From an uncultured Acidimicrobiales bacterium (GTDB lineage: Bacteria > Actinomycetota > Acidimicrobiia > Acidimicrobiales > CATQHL01), in NCBI GenBank assembly GCA_958295925.1, contig CATQHL010000001.1, positions 2,030,780 to 2,094,779 of the forward strand: a stretch of DNA of 64,000 bases, given 5' to 3'. This document shows positions 35,345-45,047 of this stretch, in pieces. A model generated the notes under the pieces. It did not search any database. It was not told where the DNA came from and saw only the letters and a list, made by a program, of their open reading frames with translations. The position numbers and the translations under genes were made by a program. Position 1 is the stretch's first letter. Every line of letters begins with the position of its first letter.

Positions 35345-37405
35345 ATGCGTGAGCAAAACCAATCCAGCTACGCCGTGGCGGTGGACATCGGAGGCACGTT
35401 CACCGACTTGGTGGCGGTGGCAGCCGACGGGGACGTCGTGCTCGTGAAGAACCCGTCGGTCCCCTCCGACTTTCTGCAGGGGGTCAGATCGGTTCTGCGA
35501 AGCATCGGATCGGGGGAGATAGTCGACTTCCGCCACGGGACCACTGTGGGCACCAACGCCATCATTCAGCGCAAGGGGGCGAAGACGGGACTGATCACCA
35601 CGAGAGGTTTCAGGGACGTTCTCACTGCTGCGAGGGCGAGCCGCATCGATCTCTACGACTCCATATGGGACCCCCCGCCGCCCCTGGTGGCGCGCCGGGA
35701 CATTCTCACTGTGACAGAGCGCATGGATTACCTGGGGAGGGTCGTGACGCCTCTGGACGAGGAGGAGGTGCGGCAGGCGGTGGGCACCCTCCGCAGGCGG
35801 GGGGTGGGGGCGATCGCCGTCTGCTATCTCAACTCCTTTGTCAACACCTCACACGAGGAGCGCACCCTGGAGATAATCGCCGAGGAGTGGCCAGGGGTCT
35901 TTGCGTGCGCCAGCAGCAAGGTGGTGCCGGAGATTCGTGAATTTGAGCGCACGAGCACGACGGTCGTGAACGCCTACCTGGGTCCCCCAATGGCCACCTA
36001 CCTGAGCGGCCTGGACGACTTGCTGGGCGAGTTTGACTATGGGGGGGACGTCCTCATCACGCATTCGGGGGGAGGCCTGATGACGTCTGCGTCCGCCGCG
36101 ACCATCCCGGCTCGGGTGTGCCAGTCGGGCCCGGCGGCGGGTGTCATGGGTGGGCTCGCGGTGGCCAGGACGGTAGGTCTCGACAGGGTGATCACCCTGG
36201 ACATGGGCGGGACCAGCGCGGACATCTCGGTGATCGTCGACGGCGTCCCGGCGTTTCGCTCTGAGTGGCATGCACAGTCGAATGTGCCCATCATCTTCCC
36301 TTCCATCGACTTGGTGACCATCGGCGCCGGGGGAGGCACGATCGCTTGGGTGGACGAAAGCGGCACGCCCCACAGCGGGCCGCAGAGCGCCGGCGCCGAT
36401 CCGGGCCCTGCCTGCTACGGCAGGGGCGGGGAGCACCCAACCAATACCGACGCCAACGTGGTGATGGGGAGGCTGCGACCGAAGTCGTTCACCGGTCGTC
36501 GGGGCGAGCTTTCAATCAGCGCCGAAGCCGCGGCCGCGGCAATTGAGCGCAGCATCGCCCCCGCCTTGGATTGCACTGCGCTGGAGGCGGCAGCCGGGAT
36601 CATCCGACTCTCCAACAACTCCATGCTCAACGCCGTCAGGCTCATGACCGTTGAGCGGGGCTACGACCCCAGGGAGTTTTCCCTGGTGGCGTTCGGCGGT
36701 GCAGGCCCGTTGCACGCAGCAGACCTGGCCAGCGCCCTGCAAATCCCTTCCGTGGTGATCCCCACCTATCCGGGCCTGGTTTCGGCGTTGGGCGCCCTTC
36801 AGGTAATGCTCAGGCACGACTTGCTGCGGCCGGTCTTTCAGCTTCACTCCAGCGCGGACGAGGATGTTCTTAAGAGAGCCCGAGACGAGTTGCTGGTTGA
36901 AATCGATGAGCTGTGCAGCAGGGAGACGGCGACCGAGTGGAAGGTTGACTGGCAGGCCGACATGCGCTACTACGGCCAGATTTCCGGCTATCTCACGCTG
37001 GGGTTGCCGGGCGGGATCGAGTACTTGCTGCGCTCAGACAGCCTGGAGAGGTTCCAGCAGGAGCACATGAGGGAGTTCGGGTATGTGCTCTCAGAGCAGG
37101 TGACCGAAGTTGAGATAGTGAATCTTCGAGCCGTGATTGTGGGCGACGTCGAGCCCGTGAGCCTTCCGGCCCGTGAAAAGAGCGACACTGCCGAGCCGCA
37201 GGAGATTGGCGTCGCCTACTTTTACGAGGCGGGGGGATTGCTGGACTGCGCCTTCATTCAGCGGGATTCCCTCGCCTCCGGCGACGAGGTGAGCGGACCG
37301 GCAGTTATTGAGGAGTGGGACTCCACGACGGTGGTTCCTCCCGGGGCAGTGGCTCGGGTAGCGCCATGTGGTGAGCTTGTAATTGAAATAGGAGTCAGTC
37401 AATGA
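35345..37405 (+). CDS. hyuA: hydantoinase/oxoprolinase family, A subunit
   Basis: YAVAVDIGGTFTD, GTTVGTNAIIQRKG and TLDMGGTSADIS. I prefer ATG 35345. GTG 35294, in a GTGA overlap with the permease stop, is the alternative. Confidence 0.9.
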   Translation: MREQNQSSYAVAVDIGGTFTDLVAVAADGDVVLVKNPSVPSDFLQGVRSVLRSIGSGEIVDFRHGTTVGTNAIIQRKGAKTGLITTRGFRDVLTAARASRIDLYDSIWDPPPPLVARRDILTVTERMDYLGRVVTPLDEEEVRQAVGTLRRRGVGAIAVCYLNSFVNTSHEERTLEIIAEEWPGVFACASSKVVPEIREFERTSTTVVNAYLGPPMATYLSGLDDLLGEFDYGGDVLITHSGGGLMTSASAATIPARVCQSGPAAGVMGGLAVARTVGLDRVITLDMGGTSADISVIVDGVPAFRSEWHAQSNVPIIFPSIDLVTIGAGGGTIAWVDESGTPHSGPQSAGADPGPACYGRGGEHPTNTDANVVMGRLRPKSFTGRRGELSISAEAAAAAIERSIAPALDCTALEAAAGIIRLSNNSMLNAVRLMTVERGYDPREFSLVAFGGAGPLHAADLASALQIPSVVIPTYPGLVSALGALQVMLRHDLLRPVFQLHSSADEDVLKRARDELLVEIDELCSRETATEWKVDWQADMRYYGQISGYLTLGLPGGIEYLLRSDSLERFQQEHMREFGYVLSEQVTEVEIVNLRAVIVGDVEPVSLPAREKSDTAEPQEIGVAYFYEAGGLLDCAFIQRDSLASGDEVSGPAVIEEWDSTTVVPPGAVARVAPCGELVIEIGVSQ

Positions 37406-39234
37406 ATGGCAGCTTGAAAGTTGATCCGATCACCGCCGAAGTGCTCAACAGCGCGTTCCGGGCAATCTGCGACGAGTCAAGCACGTTGCTGGCGAAAGGC
37501 GCCTACGCCGCCACGATCAGCGAGGGCCACGATCACTCCGGCTCCCTTCTCACCAGGGAGGGCAACCTCGTGGCGCACGGCCGCAGAGACCAGGCGGCTC
37601 ACCTGGGCACGTTCGAGGAGTCGATTCGCACGACCATCGCCCAGGCGGGCGGGTTCAGGGAGGGCGACGTATTTGTCTTCAACGACCCCTACAGCGGCGG
37701 GACGCACCAGCCCGACGTGAAGGTCATCCGCCCGGTGTTTGTTGACGGCAGCCTGTTCGCGTTCGCCATTTCCTGCGGACACTGGCCAGACGTGGGCGGT
37801 CCGATTCCTGGCTCGTTCAACCCCCTCGCCACGGAGTGCTTCGCGGAAGGTCTGCGCATTCCACCGATGCTTCTTTACGACCAGGGGAGGCCGGTCCGCT
37901 CGACGTTCGAGCTCATCAAGGCGAACGTGCGGGTGCCTGAGGAGAGGATGGCCGACCTGCATGCCCAGACGTCAGCCACGGAACTGATGGAGCGACGTCT
38001 CAAGGAATACACGGAGCAGTTCGGCCCAGACGTGGTGGAGCACACGATGGGGATGCTGATGGACAAGAGCGAGAGACTCTTCAGGGAGGGGGTGAAGGCG
38101 CTGCCAGACGGGAGTTACGAGTTTGAGGACTTCGGCGACTGCGACATCCTCCACCCGGACAGGCCGCGCATCCGCGTCCACGTGAGGTTGGACATCTCCG
38201 GCGACCGGGTGAGCTTCGACTTCAGCGAGTCGGATCCGGCCCCGCTATCCCCGTTCGGGTTCGCCAAGCCCGCCTTGCTGTCCGCTGTCTACGACGGGAC
38301 CATGCACTGTTTTCCGCACCTTGTCCCGCTCAACCACGGCATCACGCGGTCGATAGAGGTGATCTCCGTGCCGGGGTCTTGCGTGGACGTGCTCGAACCC
38401 ACCCCCGTGCTTGGGTTCGCCTCGGGCGCATACGAAAAGGTCGCGGCCGCAACCATGGCGTGCTGGGCACAGGCCTTTGCGTCCGTTGACAGCACATGCA
38501 TGCACGCCGCAACCGTGAACCTTGCGAATCTTGCGCTCAGCGGAGATCACCCCGACACCGGTCAGCCCTTCGTCTCGTATCTCTGGAATGAGGGTGGCCA
38601 GGGTGCCCGCAGCTTCAAAGACGGCAACAGTTTCCAGCTGATGATCTTCATCGGCGGCGCCACCAATCAGCCCATCGAGGTGTTGGAACGACTCAATCCG
38701 ATGAGGGCGCTGTCGTGCGAGGCTGTCGGAACGTCGGCAGGACACGGCAGGTTCCGTGGAGGCTTCGGCATCAACCGGTCGTTCGAGGCGACCGGCGACA
38801 TGATCTTGACGATGCACGGAGACCGGGCGGAGGTCACGCCGTTCGGGCTTGCCGGGGGCTACAACGGCGGAGGCAACATCCTTGTTCTGAATCCGGGGAC
38901 TGACGCCGAGAGAAGCCTCGGCATGCACGCAGTGGGCGAAAGGATCCGGAAGGGCGACCGCCTCCTCTACTGCTCCAACGGCGGCGGCGGATTTGGCCCG
39001 CCAGTCGAGCGTGATTCCTCCGGTGTGGCGCGGGACGTCTCGGAGGGCTACATTGACGCAGACCTGGCCGAGAGCGTCTACAGGGTGGCGCTGCTTGAGA
39101 CTGAGGACGGTGTCACGGTGGACGAGGAGGCCACTGCGAGGCTGCGGTCGGCAGGTGATGGTCGGGCCGTGATTGGATACGGGCCGGGCGAAGTCCACCC
39201 CATGGGCCTGAATGTGGTCCCAATCACGGACTGA
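37402..39234 (+). CDS. hyuB: hydantoinase B/oxoprolinase family, B subunit
   Basis: DPITAEVLNSAFRAICDE, NDPYSGGTHQPD and GGGGFGPP. ATGA overlap with the A subunit. Confidence 0.9.
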   Translation: MNGSLKVDPITAEVLNSAFRAICDESSTLLAKGAYAATISEGHDHSGSLLTREGNLVAHGRRDQAAHLGTFEESIRTTIAQAGGFREGDVFVFNDPYSGGTHQPDVKVIRPVFVDGSLFAFAISCGHWPDVGGPIPGSFNPLATECFAEGLRIPPMLLYDQGRPVRSTFELIKANVRVPEERMADLHAQTSATELMERRLKEYTEQFGPDVVEHTMGMLMDKSERLFREGVKALPDGSYEFEDFGDCDILHPDRPRIRVHVRLDISGDRVSFDFSESDPAPLSPFGFAKPALLSAVYDGTMHCFPHLVPLNHGITRSIEVISVPGSCVDVLEPTPVLGFASGAYEKVAAATMACWAQAFASVDSTCMHAATVNLANLALSGDHPDTGQPFVSYLWNEGGQGARSFKDGNSFQLMIFIGGATNQPIEVLERLNPMRALSCEAVGTSAGHGRFRGGFGINRSFEATGDMILTMHGDRAEVTPFGLAGGYNGGGNILVLNPGTDAERSLGMHAVGERIRKGDRLLYCSNGGGGFGPPVERDSSGVARDVSEGYIDADLAESVYRVALLETEDGVTVDEEATARLRSAGDGRAVIGYGPGEVHPMGLNVVPITD

Positions 39235-40489
39235 CGGGTTTCCAGCTCCGGCAAGGGGGTCGCTTGGAGCTGCGGGCCGAGTTCCAGCGGTCGGGGGTGA
39301 AGGCGAGCGCCCGGGGGTAGTCCTCAAACAGCCAGCGGGCGAACTCTCGACGGGTGAAGGGGCTGAGGCCGGAGATCGCCACCGCCAAGTCAGCCCCCCG
39401 GGGTGATCGAAGGACTCCTCTGAGGCTGCAGGCCAGTCGGAAGTCACGAAGCAGATGCCGTTCAACTCCGGTCAGGTAGCGACTACGTACGCCGTCAACG
39501 TCGAAAGGTCCCGCCGAGATGAGGGCTTCCGCCGCAAGAATGCCGCTGAGCAGGGCTTGGCCGATCCCCTCGCCTGTCATGGGGTCGCCTGCTGCTGCTG
39601 CGTCCCCGCAGAAGAGCACTCGCGGCGCCCAGAGAGCGAGGTCTCCCAGGCGGGTGGGAATTGGCCACGCCCTGGGCCGCTCCTCGGCTTCAGCGCCTGG
39701 ACCGAGCACATCGGCGATCCAGCGACGCTTCAGCAGCCTCTGCCAGAGCCTGCCCATCCCGCCGGTGGGGTGATTGCCCCGCCACACCCCGAATCCCACG
39801 TTTGCGCGGCCTCCAGGCAGGGGAAACGACCAGACGTAGCCAGGCAGGATCTCCGGCTCGAACCACACGTGCATGGTTTCGGAGTCCTGGGCGGTCACGT
39901 TTCGGAAGTACTGCCGGCAGGCGTGCCAGTCGCCCCGGTAGGAGGCTGGGGAAAGCCCCAGCATCCGGCGCGAGGGAGACCACATTCCGTCGGCGGCCAC
40001 CACGTACCGTGAATGCACCCTGCCCAGCCCTTCGGCGGTTACCGCAACCCGATCCGAGCGCAGATCCATCCCCTTGACGGCGCAGCGCTCGAAGACCCTT
40101 GCCCCGGCGTCCTTGGCCAGGGACCAAAGGGCGTTGTCGAGGTGGCGGCGCTCGGCGACGGCGGCGTAGGCGCCGGAGCCCTTCGGGAACGGGAAGGAGA
40201 CCTGGCGCCCTCCAGGGGAGCGGATCACCACCCTCGAGGCGATCTGCCATCCGCCTGTCACAGAGGGATCGAGACCGAGTTGCCCCAGCAGGCGAAGGGC
40301 GCCGGCCGTAAGGCCGTCGCCGCAGCACTTGTCGCGGGGCAGGGAGGCTTTTTCCAGTACCACCACCGAGAGCCCCGCCCTTGCCAGCACCGTCCCGGCG
40401 GCTGAGCCGGCAGGCCCTCCCCCAATAACCGTTACGTCCGCGGTGGCTGCTTCCACAGGACGGCCGGGCGTGTTCCAACTGGCTCTCAT
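39224..40489 (-). CDS. geranylgeranyl-reductase-family FAD-dependent oxidoreductase
   Basis: DVTVIGGGPAGSAAG, LEKASLPRDKCCGDGLT and GDAAAAGDPMTGEGI. Confidence 0.8.
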   Translation of the reverse strand: MRASWNTPGRPVEAATADVTVIGGGPAGSAAGTVLARAGLSVVVLEKASLPRDKCCGDGLTAGALRLLGQLGLDPSVTGGWQIASRVVIRSPGGRQVSFPFPKGSGAYAAVAERRHLDNALWSLAKDAGARVFERCAVKGMDLRSDRVAVTAEGLGRVHSRYVVAADGMWSPSRRMLGLSPASYRGDWHACRQYFRNVTAQDSETMHVWFEPEILPGYVWSFPLPGGRANVGFGVWRGNHPTGGMGRLWQRLLKRRWIADVLGPGAEAEERPRAWPIPTRLGDLALWAPRVLFCGDAAAAGDPMTGEGIGQALLSGILAAEALISAGPFDVDGVRSRYLTGVERHLLRDFRLACSLRGVLRSPRGADLAVAISGLSPFTRREFARWLFEDYPRALAFTPDRWNSARSSKRPPCRSWKPVSP

Positions 40490-40534
40490 CCAGGTTGGCG
40501 TTTCGAGGAGGGGATTTTTCTTTGGGCTGGCGCG

Positions 40535-42514
40535 CTAGCCAGCCTGCGCTTCGGGCGACGACGGTTCGGCCGGCTGCTCACTGGGCTGCCCTGAGGTGTC
40601 GGGAGCCCCCACCCCGGGCTGGGGATCGGATTGGGCTCCGTCATCTGGCGCGGGAGGACGCCAGTCAGCCGAAACGCAAGTACCCGGCGGGCCCTCCTCT
40701 GCTGACCCGCAGATTGGAATGCAGGTCGGCTGCCCGCTTTCGGTGGTGGTCATCTCCCCTTCGCAGATGGGCTGGCAATTCGCCGGGACGCCCTGGCCCT
40801 CGGTGCATATCGGTCTGCAGGAGTCGTTCCAGCCGTCGTCGTTGGTGTCCACCGCGGCTTGCCCCAAGGCACAGTCAGGCGGCGGCACCTCAGGTTCGCC
40901 GTCGCAGTTCAGCCCTTCGGCGGGTCGGTAGACGGCGAAGACTGTGTCTTCCTCGCTGGTTCCGTCAAAATAAGCCCTGGTGCGGGTGGTGATGACCCTC
41001 TGGCACTCCCTCTCTTGAATTACCTCCTGGCCGCTTTGAACAACGTCCATGTGTTTCGTGCTGTAGATGCTCACTGTCACTGAGCCTTCGGTGGAGGTGG
41101 GCCAGAGCATTATCGAGTAGGGGGTGTTGTTAATGAGCTCAAGGTTGGGGCGAGGATAGGAGATCGTGGCTTCCCGCCCGTAGGGGTAGCGGGAAATGTA
41201 GAGAGTGTGCGCCTGGTATTCCCCGAAGTCCAGTCCCGCAAAAAACGCTGCGTTGAAAATAGTGGTGGCGAACTGCGAAACCCCCCCACCGATGTCCTCC
41301 CGGTAGAGGCCGCGGTAAATCACGCCTCCAGGCACGAATCCCTTCGCCGTTGTGCGCCTGCCCACGTAGCTGTTGACAGACCAGGTTTCGCCAGGGGCGA
41401 TAATCGCCCCCTGAACTATCTCCGCGATTCTGCGGATGTTCGTGACCCGACTCTGACCAGGCGTGAAGTAGGTGGTGAACTGGCCCACGAGTTCCCGAAT
41501 TCCGGTCTCTTCCATCAGGTCGACGTCATTTTCAGGGTCCTCGGTGAGCGTGAGCTGAACGTTGCTCCCCCCGGCGAGGACTGTCTCAAAAACCTTCTCG
41601 CCTATGCCCTCTGTGCAGCAGCGGAACGACGGGGTGGCCCCAACCACCGTCGGTGTGCCGTCGATCAGATCGAAGTGCCCGGCGCTGCCTTGAATCCTCA
41701 CCGCTGAAAGCCTCTGCTCGAGAAGGTCACCCACATATTCGGTGTCGATTTCGATTTTCGGCGGGTTTCCGTGTGTAAGGGTAATCCAGCTTCGCAGCTC
41801 GTCCGGGCTGACGACCCAGAACTCATCCCCGATGTACAGCCTGAGCCCTTTGGCGGTCAACTGATTGGCATAGTCAACGGTGGGCTGCAGCGATATTGAC
41901 GGGACGTTCGGGGGAATCGTCGAAGGTGTCAGGATGAGCGATTCCGGCAGGGAGACCCTCTCGGTGGCATCCTCGAGTGCCCTTCGCAGGGCCTCTGAGG
42001 TGATCTCCTCCCCTGTGCTGCCAGGGACTACCTGAAAGGAGCGCCCGTGCTCCTGCGGGTTGTCGGCGAAGATGAGTTGCGCATTGGCGGGTTCCGAGAG
42101 GCGGATCGCCTGAAAGCCCCTGATGAACTCCTCGGCGTCGGCGGCGCTCCAGAGAGTCTTGAGGTGGACCTCGTAAGGGGTGAAGAAGGCGCCGATCCAT
42201 CGGAATGGAATAGACGCCAGAGAGCCTCTGCCCGCCTTGAGCGCGTCGCTCACGCCCTTGGCCACGTCGACTCGAAAACCCAACTGGCTGGCAGTTGCCA
42301 CAAGCGAGCGGTCGGGAAGGAGCAGGCTTACCTCTCGCTGCGAGAATTCCTCGGCCATCGACTGAATCCTTGCCCGCACATCTTCCTCGCTCAGCCCCCC
42401 CACGGCGACGCCCTCCACCGAGACGTTGCGCACCGAGCCGTCGGAATTGGCGGCGTAGTCCACTATCAAGGCGACCATGAACGCCACGACGACGAGGACC
42501 GCCAAAAATATCAA
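40535..42514 (-). CDS. VanW-family membrane-anchored protein with Cys/Pro-rich C-terminal extension
   Basis: N-terminal TM helix and a VanW-like core (YISRYPYGREATISYP...LELINNTPYSIMLW). The C-terminal tail carries three CxPIC motifs. TTG start is uncertain. Confidence 0.75.
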   Translation of the reverse strand: MIFLAVLVVVAFMVALIVDYAANSDGSVRNVSVEGVAVGGLSEEDVRARIQSMAEEFSQREVSLLLPDRSLVATASQLGFRVDVAKGVSDALKAGRGSLASIPFRWIGAFFTPYEVHLKTLWSAADAEEFIRGFQAIRLSEPANAQLIFADNPQEHGRSFQVVPGSTGEEITSEALRRALEDATERVSLPESLILTPSTIPPNVPSISLQPTVDYANQLTAKGLRLYIGDEFWVVSPDELRSWITLTHGNPPKIEIDTEYVGDLLEQRLSAVRIQGSAGHFDLIDGTPTVVGATPSFRCCTEGIGEKVFETVLAGGSNVQLTLTEDPENDVDLMEETGIRELVGQFTTYFTPGQSRVTNIRRIAEIVQGAIIAPGETWSVNSYVGRRTTAKGFVPGGVIYRGLYREDIGGGVSQFATTIFNAAFFAGLDFGEYQAHTLYISRYPYGREATISYPRPNLELINNTPYSIMLWPTSTEGSVTVSIYSTKHMDVVQSGQEVIQERECQRVITTRTRAYFDGTSEEDTVFAVYRPAEGLNCDGEPEVPPPDCALGQAAVDTNDDGWNDSCRPICTEGQGVPANCQPICEGEMTTTESGQPTCIPICGSAEEGPPGTCVSADWRPPAPDDGAQSDPQPGVGAPDTSGQPSEQPAEPSSPEAQAG

Positions 42515-42670
42515 GCTCCTCAGGGGAGTCCAGAGCCTGCGGCGGGGGATGGTGGACGGCTTTTGTGTGGGCAGAGGAGGGGGAAGGGAAGGGAGGTGTA
42601 TGCAGTGAGAGTATCGCTGCCGCCTGCTCTTGTATGAGAGGCTGCGTCTCCGCTGCGACAGTGGCGGCGG

Positions 42671-43330
42671 TCAGAAGAGCCGCAGTTCCTCAGGGGCGTC
42701 GCCCTTCAATCTTGAGTAGTCCACCAACAGGCAGCGGATTCCGCGCTCTTCGGCCAGGACACGCGCCCCGGGGTTGATTTGTTGCGCTACAAGAAGCCCG
42801 CAGACCGGCGCCAGCGTCTCGGTCTTGTTGAGGAACTCAAGGTATCGGGCCAGTTGCTCCACCCCGGTGGTTTCGCCGCGCCGCTTAACCTCCACAGCCA
42901 CGACATTCCCGTCGGCGTCCCTAACCAGCAGGTCCACAGGCCCGATGGCGGTGGGGTACTCGCGCCGAATGAGCCTGTAGTCCTCTCCCAGGACGCTCGG
43001 GTCGTTCGCCAGCAACTCCTGGAGGTGCGCCTCCACGCCGTCTTTCCAAAGACCGGGGTCTTCCCCCAGGTCGTGGGAGACGTCGGAGACCACCTCGTGA
43101 AGGGTGATGACGAGCCGCTCCCCGGCTTCGTTGGAGACCACCCAGCGCCCTTCGGATTCTTCCAGGAAGTTTGGCGGCGACATCCAGTTCAGGGGCTTGT
43201 AGGCGCCGCCGTCTGCGTGAATCGCCAGGCTGCCGTCGGCCTTTCTCATGATGAGACGGACAGCCTCCTCAAGGCGGGCGGCCAGGCGCCCCTCGTACTC
43301 GACGGTGCAGCGGGCGACCACCAGGCGCAT
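42671..43330 (-). CDS. nucS: endonuclease NucS (EndoMS)
   Basis: [16 protein letters not shown]..., [15 protein letters not shown] and [19 protein letters not shown] (RecB-like nuclease core). Confidence 0.9.
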   Translation of the reverse strand: MRLVVARCTVEYEGRLAARLEEAVRLIMRKADGSLAIHADGGAYKPLNWMSPPNFLEESEGRWVVSNEAGERLVITLHEVVSDVSHDLGEDPGLWKDGVEAHLQELLANDPSVLGEDYRLIRREYPTAIGPVDLLVRDADGNVVAVEVKRRGETTGVEQLARYLEFLNKTETLAPVCGLLVAQQINPGARVLAEERGIRCLLVDYSRLKGDAPEELRLF

Positions 43331-43333
43331 TGC

Positions 43334-44266
43334 TCAGGGAGTCGCCGAGCCGGGTTGGGGTCGGCCGCCGGAGGGGGCGGCCAATAGGCCCAGCACCTCC
43401 TCCGCCAGCTCATGTCGGCAGACAATCAGGTCGTCCAGCAGCGGGCTGGGGAGGTTGAAGCGGGGCTTGCTCCCGTCGAAGCGGGAGACCCTGAGCCCAT
43501 GGGCCCTGGCCACCGCCGAAGGTGCCGCCGCGTCCCATTCCCACAAGCCGCCGGAATGGACATAGACGTCCGCCTCCCCTCGAATGAGGGCGGCGACCTT
43601 GGCTCCCACGGAACCGATCCGCAGCAGGCCGCCGCCGAAGTGCTCCGCAAGGGCTTTGGCCTCGCTTACGTGTCGGGAACGGCTTGCCACAACCACAGGC
43701 CGGCGCCCCCCGGTCGCATCCTTCCCTCGGGTGGATGCACCTGCCACCTGTTTGGATGCACTTGCCCGGGCCGTCTTGATCAGTATCCCGGCAGCGGGCA
43801 GCGCCACCGCACCCGAGACGGCTTCGCCTCCTTCAACCAGGGCGACATGAACCGCCCAGTCGGTCCGGGAACGCTCGCAGTACTGCCTAGTGCCGTCGAG
43901 CGGGTCAACGATCCAGACCCGGTTATTGCCCAGCCGCTCGCGGTCGTCGGGGGCTTCCTCGGACAACAGGGCGTCATCGTGACGGCATTCCGCCAGCCGC
44001 GAGGCAATCAGTTCGTGGGAGCGCCTGTCTCCAATGGCGCCGAGGGTGGCCGGGTCGGCCTGCGGAGGTGTTTCACCTCGCAGCGCCAGCAGCATCTCCC
44101 CCGCCTCCCCCGCCAGCGCAGCTGCAAGGTCGTGGTCGTTGGCGAGTGCAAGGTCGTGGTCGTTGGCGGGCGTCCTTCCGAAGCTCAACTCGCCTACACA
44201 GCTCGACTTGAGCCTGTCGGGCGCATCATTGCCGCCCGCTGCGCCGCCCGGCATGCTGCGAATCAT
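43334..44266 (-). CDS. cysQ: 3'(2'),5'-bisphosphate nucleotidase / inositol monophosphatase family
   Basis: LSEEAPDD, WIVDPLDGTRQY and WEWDAAAP. The start is uncertain because the N-terminal region contains a tandem duplication. Confidence 0.8.
   Translation of the reverse strand: MIRSMPGGAAGGNDAPDRLKSSCVGELSFGRTPANDHDLALANDHDLAAALAGEAGEMLLALRGETPPQADPATLGAIGDRRSHELIASRLAECRHDDALLSEEAPDDRERLGNNRVWIVDPLDGTRQYCERSRTDWAVHVALVEGGEAVSGAVALPAAGILIKTARASASKQVAGASTRGKDATGGRRPVVVASRSRHVSEAKALAEHFGGGLLRIGSVGAKVAALIRGEADVYVHSGGLWEWDAAAPSAVARAHGLRVSRFDGSKPRFNLPSPLLDDLIVCRHELAEEVLGLLAAPSGGRPQPGSATP
44123..44170. repeat. 24-bp in-frame tandem duplication (2 units, 23/24 identical) inside cysQ
   Basis: tgcaaggtcgtggtcgttggcgag (44123-44146) is followed directly by tgcaaggtcgtggtcgttggcggg (44147-44170). 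It encodes ANDHDLAL-ANDHDLAA. Confidence 0.9.
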
Positions 44267-45045
44267 CGGGTTCTCACCCGAAAGCGCGGTGCGAGCCTCC
44301 TCCTTGCAGTCAAAGCCGCAGCCGTTCGCCGCGCCGCCTCCTCGAAGTGGTCGTCGAGGGGTTCCAGTTCGTACTTTCCGCCGTACCGGTGCTCGAGCGC
44401 CAAGCGGAGGACCCAGTCGGCCAACTGCGGGTTCTTAGGCAGCAGCGGGCCGTGAAGGTAGGTGCCTGCGAACCTGCCTGACAGCGCACCCTCGGTGCGA
44501 TCCTCCCCGTTGTTGCCGTGGCCGCTGATCACGCGGCCCAGCGGGGACGAACCAGGCCCGAGCCTGCTGCGCCCGGCGTGGTTCTCGTACCCGAAGATAC
44601 GCATCCGCCCGGTGTCGAGGCGGGATTCGATCTCCACGTTTCCGACAAGGCGGGTTGCGTCGGCCTCGGTGGTTACGTCGAGGGCGCCGATCCCCCCGAT
44701 GGCCTGACCGTCGACGGTTCGGTACTCGTGGCCGGCCAGCTGATATCCGCCGCAGACGAAGAGACCGGCGACCCCGTCGGCTGCGGCGGAGCGCACAGAG
44801 GCGGCTTTGTGCCCCTGAAGGTCAACGGCCACCCCCAGCTGGTCACGATCCTGGCCTCCCCCCAGGTAGAAGAGGTCGGTCTCGCCCGTCCGAATCCTCT
44901 CGCCTGGGGGTGACTCACTTACTCTGAGATCGAAGCCCCGCCAAGCAAGCCGACGGTGCAGCACCGCAATGTTCCCCCGGTCGGCGTAGATGTTCATCTC
45001 CCTCGGGTAGAGGTGGCAGAGGCGCACGGCAGGTCGAAGCCCCAC
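44263..45045 (-). CDS. gatD: lipid II isoglutaminyl synthase, glutamine amidotransferase subunit
   Basis: LCHLYPREMNIYADRGNI, FVCGGYQLAG and a GTYLHGP-type class I GATase layout. GTG 45045 lies 2 nt after the murT stop. ATGA overlap with cysQ. Confidence 0.8.
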   Translation of the reverse strand: MGLRPAVRLCHLYPREMNIYADRGNIAVLHRRLAWRGFDLRVSESPPGERIRTGETDLFYLGGGQDRDQLGVAVDLQGHKAASVRSAAADGVAGLFVCGGYQLAGHEYRTVDGQAIGGIGALDVTTEADATRLVGNVEIESRLDTGRMRIFGYENHAGRSRLGPGSSPLGRVISGHGNNGEDRTEGALSGRFAGTYLHGPLLPKNPQLADWVLRLALEHRYGGKYELEPLDDHFEEAARRTAAALTARRRLAPRFRVRTR

Positions 45046-45047
45046 GG

